From a virus, in IMG/VR virus record IMGVR_UViG_3300045988_180880, positions 319,950 to 383,949 of that record: a stretch of 64,000 nt of DNA, one strand, 5' to 3'. Under the pieces are notes generated by a model that saw only the letters and a program-made list of their open reading frames with translations, searched no databases and had not been told where the DNA came from. Shown here piece after piece: positions 60,337-64,000 of the stretch (within the stretch, counting starts at the first letter, position 1; each line of letters begins with the position of its first letter). The translations under genes were made by a program, and so were the position numbers.

Positions 60337-60922
60337 ATATTTAAATTATTAAATTTATTAATATCTTTTAGAACTCAATACAGAGTTCAGTTTAATTGTT
60401 AAGTATCCTAATTCTGAAGACTAGGGATACCTTTATTTCATTAATTAGAATTTAAAGGTATCAGAAAGGCAAAATGTATACTTTAACTGGGAATAGAAGA
60501 TACTATCGCAATATAATATTTAATCTATTGAAAAAGTATACATCCTATAGTGGTTCTTCTAAATAAGCGAATATAATGAGAGACCCGCCTCCCCTTCAGG
60601 GAGAGCGTGGTCGTCTTATTTAGAAGGTTCACGATACATAAATATTAATATTATCTTTATTATTTATACTAATGAACCTTAAAAAGAAACGGCCGTTCGC
60701 CCTTTGAGAGGGCGAGGCCTTTCAGTTCCTTCATTCTTTTTAAGAACCATTAAAGAAATAATTTTTTTTATTCAGTTTTTATTAATATTTATCTTTCTCT
60801 TTTATTCTCTATATATCTTATTCAGTCTTGTGAGCGTAAGCGACCCGTAATGAGCTATGTAAATAGCGAATGGAGGGATACACATGGGTTCCTTTGTCCT
60901 CATAAATAAGTTACAATAGAAT
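60337..60922 (-). promoter_or_regulatory. long structured ORF-poor leader upstream of the helicase-like gene
   Basis: ~590 nt with no listed ORF. It shares the conserved blocks (60890-60910 and 60809-60824 on the plus strand) with 12158-12647. GC-rich hairpins at 60581-60616 (the wobble fits the minus strand) and 60691-60719. A 10-bp hairpin gataccttta/taaaggtatc. Confidence 0.55.
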
Positions 60923-60939
60923 AAAAACCTTATAAGTGC
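60923..60939 (+). promoter_or_regulatory. promoter-like motif (variant) abutting the start codon
   Basis: aaaaaccttataagtgc ends 1 nt before ATG 60941. Confidence 0.45.
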
Positions 60940-60940
60940 T

Positions 60941-61288
60941 ATGAAGTTACCAATAAAATTTTACAAGTTTATCTCTAACATAGATTATTTTTCAGAGATA
61001 CACAAATATCATAAACATGAGAATAATGAAGATATGATTATTGATTATATGATAAGTAATCTAGCTTTTCTTCTAACTCCTTCCAATTTTAACCAAAGAG
61101 CGTCTTATTGTTTTAATAATTGGTTTTCTATTCTCTTAGAAATAGATCCGATTAAGTATGGTTGGGTAAAGAAAGTTGACCTACAATTCTTAAATAATAC
61201 ATCTGTAACTAAACAACAGATTATAGATTGGGAAGTACTCAATTTTACAGGGAAGAATAGGATTTTCACAGTAAAGAGAGAAAAATGA
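60941..61288 (+). CDS. hypothetical protein
   Basis: 115-aa ORF. Confidence 0.6.
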   Translation: MKLPIKFYKFISNIDYFSEIHKYHKHENNEDMIIDYMISNLAFLLTPSNFNQRASYCFNNWFSILLEIDPIKYGWVKKVDLQFLNNTSVTKQQIIDWEVLNFTGKNRIFTVKREK

Positions 61289-61405
61289 AGTTTTGCTACT
61301 TTAAACTTCTAATTTCCTTATATGTGGAAAAAAGAACCCCAGACTTAATTGTCCAGGGCATATTTGATTATTTACATAACCAAATTGAAATTGCTTTCAA
61401 AGTCT

Positions 61406-61504
61406 TTAATAATTTAAAGCTATGAGAGATATCACTAAGATTCTCCCAAGAGTCATGAACACTGTAATGAGCATGACTGATGAATAAAACTCAGGTGTTT
61501 GCAT
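61406..61504 (-). CDS. possible 32-aa hydrophobic peptide (MQTPEFYSSVMLITVFMTLGRILVISLIALNY)
   Basis: Located by hand about 100 nt downstream of minus-oriented promoter-like motif 61603-61619. It has a single predicted helix and no other support. Confidence 0.25.
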   Translation of the reverse strand: MQTPEFYSSVMLITVFMTLGRILVISLIALNY

Positions 61505-61602
61505 TTTAATTGAGTTTTTTAAATTAAAAATATAAAAGATAGATCGTCATTATATCCAATTTCTTTCAATACTTTAGGATTTTATGACCTCATGATCTAT
61601 CT

Positions 61603-61619
61603 TCATATATAAGGCTTTG
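61603..61619 (-). promoter_or_regulatory. promoter-like motif
   Basis: Plus strand reads tcatatataaggctttg. It points into the ORF-poor 61290-61600 region. Confidence 0.5.
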
Positions 61620-61664
61620 AAGCATTTCTAGAAGGAAGGGTAGTTTTAATACTATTCTTCCTTT

Positions 61665-61680
61665 GATTTCCTTATAAGTA
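61665..61680 (+). promoter_or_regulatory. promoter-like motif (variant)
   Basis: gatttccttataagta, 18 nt before ATG 61699. Confidence 0.4.
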
Positions 61681-61698
61681 ATTAAAAAATATAAGACT

Positions 61699-62010
61699 AT
61701 GGAAGAAAAGATCGATTTACCAGAGAAAGGAATAGTAGTTGGCTTTGAACTTGAGAACTTAGAGGATTACTTGAATTGTACGGAGCATTTAGTACAGGTT
61801 CATGGAAAGTTTGAGGTCCTAGCAGAGATCGAGAAAAAAGTAAAGTACGAAAAGATTAGACACCTCGCCAAATTTCTCATGACGGAATATAATCCAGAGT
61901 TAAAAAGGAATGTGGTTTTTAGGTTGTCTAAGTTTAAAGAACGTCATGAACACAACGGCGAGACGGTTTATATAGCTTATTATAGGTTTGATGGATTTGT
62001 ATCACTTTAG
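61699..62010 (+). CDS. hypothetical protein
   Basis: 103-aa ORF with a TAG stop and a terminator downstream. Confidence 0.65.
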   Translation: MEEKIDLPEKGIVVGFELENLEDYLNCTEHLVQVHGKFEVLAEIEKKVKYEKIRHLAKFLMTEYNPELKRNVVFRLSKFKERHEHNGETVYIAYYRFDGFVSL

Positions 62011-62018
62011 GAAATATA

Positions 62019-62050
62019 GGGAGAGACTTTTAAGGTTTCTCTCTTTTTTC
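62019..62050 (+). terminator. rho-independent terminator
   Basis: gggagaga/tctctctt stem followed by a T-run. Confidence 0.6.
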
Positions 62051-62057
62051 TTTCAGG

Positions 62058-62104
62058 TACAACAAAAAGAAACTACACTTATCCATCTCGGACCAGTGTA
62101 GTTT
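62058..62104 (-). terminator. rho-independent terminator
   Basis: aaactacac/gtgtagttt stem. On the minus strand it is followed by ctttttgttgt, just downstream of gene 62113..62919. Confidence 0.6.
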
Positions 62105-62112
62105 GATTAGAA

Positions 62113-62919
62113 TTATAGTATTTTAAGAAGTTTATCTGAGACATTATCGATCTTTATAGTTTCGTATGTTCCATCTCCTTTAAGCCAAATTAATCTTCTC
62201 CCCAGGATCTTTAAGCCAATTGATTCTAACATTAATTGATACATGCTAAATTGTAGGGTATAATGTCCTAGGGGTTCATCTATTAAATTATCAAAAGGAG
62301 GATACATTGTGATTCCCTTCGACCTCTGATAATCTTTCGTAAGTTCTTCATTTGTTTTCCAGTCTCCTATAATAAATCCAGGGTTATCAGGGGAATCATA
62401 GTAGAATAGAAGGTCGGTAGTTCCACAAAATTTAGTATTAATTTCTGGGATATACTTTGATGACATCCTGAATTCTGCACCGACCGGAATTATCGAAGGC
62501 GGTAACTCAGAATAAAATTTGAGGATACTTTCTTCTTTAGGTGCGAAGGGAATTAACCAACCCTCCTCTGGAATATATTGCCTTCGGATATTGGTCGGAA
62601 TTAATTCAGGGTAACCACATTTTATCCATGTCATTGCTTCTCCAAATTCATGATACTTCGTTCCTTGTGTTACTGATTTTACATTTTTATATTTCCATTC
62701 TCTGAGGACATCTTCTTGAGTTCTTCCATTCTTTTTTGCATATCGTTCTGAGATTGTATGTTTATCGAAGGGTCTAACAAAGTTTTCGATTATATTAGAA
62801 ACTGGTGTATATTCTTCAGTTCCTATAAAATACTTATGTCCTTCTTCTATAAATGTTATATCGGAAAAATGTTCAGATATTAAGTTTCTTGTTGTTTGTA
62901 TAATTTCTTCTGTAGTCAT
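62113..62919 (-). CDS. PD-(D/E)XK (RecB/Cas4-like) nuclease
   Basis: EGHKYF..YTPVSNII N-terminal block. Catalytic-type residues in CGTTDLLFYY...FIIGDWKT (D..D.K). QFSMYQLML fits the QxxxY motif typical of RecB-family nucleases. Confidence 0.6.
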   Translation of the reverse strand: MTTEEIIQTTRNLISEHFSDITFIEEGHKYFIGTEEYTPVSNIIENFVRPFDKHTISERYAKKNGRTQEDVLREWKYKNVKSVTQGTKYHEFGEAMTWIKCGYPELIPTNIRRQYIPEEGWLIPFAPKEESILKFYSELPPSIIPVGAEFRMSSKYIPEINTKFCGTTDLLFYYDSPDNPGFIIGDWKTNEELTKDYQRSKGITMYPPFDNLIDEPLGHYTLQFSMYQLMLESIGLKILGRRLIWLKGDGTYETIKIDNVSDKLLKIL

Positions 62920-62936
62920 ATTCTTTTATTTTATTA

Positions 62937-62953
62937 TCATATATAAGATTCAC
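62937..62953 (-). promoter_or_regulatory. promoter-like motif (degenerate)
   Basis: Plus strand reads tcatatataagattcac, ~18 nt upstream of ATG 62919. Confidence 0.4.
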
Positions 62954-62987
62954 TAGTGCAGAGAAGAGCAAAATCCTTACTTATGAT

Positions 62988-63359
62988 ATGAAAATAATGA
63001 TAAGTTTTGCAGATTTTGAGTATATACTAGAAAATCGAGTAGAGTTTAATCTGCTAAGTAAATTTAATCGTACTAAAGATCCAGAATTAAAAGCTATAAT
63101 TTCTTTAATTCTTCTTGCTGAATCAATATCTAATGGAGCAATAATAACTTTAAAGAAATTAACGTTTGCCACTGCTTTAGAGGGTATAGATTTATGGAGA
63201 GGGAAAGTTAATACTAGAAGTTATGCGAAGATTAAAACAATAGGGGATTTGAAAGAATGGTTAAGATGTAATTTAGTTGGAAAATTGATAACAATAAAAA
63301 GACATGGAAAAAACGAGGTTAGAGTTATTGATTTATTGTTATCAAGAGAAGAAAATTAA
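62988..63359 (+). CDS. hypothetical protein
   Basis: 123 aa. The C-terminus IGDLKEWLRCNLVGKLITIKRHGKN is paralogous to the 63452 product. Confidence 0.6.
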   Translation: MKIMISFADFEYILENRVEFNLLSKFNRTKDPELKAIISLILLAESISNGAIITLKKLTFATALEGIDLWRGKVNTRSYAKIKTIGDLKEWLRCNLVGKLITIKRHGKNEVRVIDLLLSREEN

Positions 63360-63451
63360 GATCCGACTTTCACAAGCCAGATCTTATCAGAATGATTTAT
63401 ATAATTATTTTTTATTTTTTATGCATATATAAGAGTTTGGAGGATTGAGAG

Positions 63452-63781
63452 ATGATATCAATAATAGATGTTTTAAATAATGGAGAAGAAATTGCAAAGT
63501 ATTTAGAAGTAAGATTTCATACAATTAAATATGCTGATGACTATTACCATAAGTTTATCTTAATTCATTCTTTGTGTAAATATGCGAATAGTTTAGATCC
63601 AGTTTATCACACTCTTATAGTATATCATACAGAGTTGATTGGGTGGTCTAGTGAAATCGATCTTAATAGTATAGGAAGTATAAAAACTAAGGAAGATTTA
63701 GCAATATGGCTTAAAGATAATTTAGTGGGAAAAATAATAACACTTAAGAAATATGGAAAGAATAATGATTTCGTATCCTGA
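63452..63781 (+). CDS. hypothetical protein, paralog of the 62988 gene
   Basis: 109 aa. C-terminus KEDLAIWLKDNLVGKIITLKKYGKN. Confidence 0.6.
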   Translation: MISIIDVLNNGEEIAKYLEVRFHTIKYADDYYHKFILIHSLCKYANSLDPVYHTLIVYHTELIGWSSEIDLNSIGSIKTKEDLAIWLKDNLVGKIITLKKYGKNNDFVS

Positions 63782-64000
63782 ATTTTATAAACATCTGGAT
63801 CTTTTATATGAGAAAAGATTAGATTATAAAAATTATAATAATTATATAAAGTCTTTTAAGGAAAGAATGACAGAAGATGAACTAGTATATTATTTACTGT
63901 CAAGTATATCTTGCTTTATTAAATCTTATAATAATCAAGGATTTCTTTATATATTGGGTGTAGTTATGATTTTTATAATTAAAGCACTTGAAGAAATAAA
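63765..64000 (+). CDS. hypothetical protein, 3'-truncated by the window end
   Basis: ATG 63765 (MISYPEFYKHLDLLYEKRLDYKNY...). The frame is open to base 64000. It overlaps the previous gene by 17 nt. It is absent from the track, and no stop codon lies within the window. Confidence 0.45.
   Translation, partial: MISYPEFYKHLDLLYEKRLDYKNYNNYIKSFKERMTEDELVYYLLSSISCFIKSYNNQGFLYILGVVMIFIIKALEEI

Noticed and set aside
63423-63439. gcatatataagagtttg upstream of gene 63452 as another promoter-motif copy.
   Set aside because: It matches only in the minus orientation, pointing away from 63452 and antisense into 62988..63359, and the GGCTTT half is degenerate. It is probably a chance match to the AT-rich palindromic core.

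Overview
AT-rich dsDNA phage segment with contractile-tail (myovirus-type) morphogenesis genes. It reads cleanly in the standard code, and I found no tRNA, rRNA, CRISPR array or integrase. All assignments are by hand from motifs, synteny and pairing; no searches were run.

Layout:
- 1-7 kb: a 5'-truncated acidic-repeat protein, a putative tail sheath, and a T4 gp19-like tail tube gene. The tube gene is split by five ORF-less compact group I introns (161-217 nt), leaving micro-exons of 24 and 21 nt. A free-standing Zn-finger/Vsr-like homing endonuclease gene follows.
- 7-22 kb: an accessory island dominated by about 10 paralogous genes whose products share an N-terminal MIIKRKLFS(KK)-type leader. 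Members include HExxH metallopeptidase-like, possible H-Y-E ART-like and glycine-zipper proteins. The family has its own upstream elements (a G9-tract element, a CCTGGG hairpin repeat), and three members have frame breaks at A-runs.
- 22-47 kb: one rightward late operon. It encodes a tape measure with a tail-lysozyme domain, two tube-fold paralogs, an X/LysM-like protein, hub, spike, W/J/I-like wedge proteins, and about 9 fibre/receptor-binding candidates.
- 47-52.5 kb: small-gene cassettes, each bounded by a promoter-like motif and a hairpin terminator.
- 52.6-60.3 kb: a leftward operon with two TerD-domain genes, two T5orf172-head paralogs and an SF2 helicase-like gene with a lysine-less P-loop. 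Its inverted paralog lies at 12.6 kb. Both helicase-like genes follow 0.5-0.6 kb structured, ORF-poor leaders that share conserved blocks.

A 16-nt promoter-like motif, AAAGCCTTATATATGT, recurs at least 17 times and is always oriented toward the adjacent gene.
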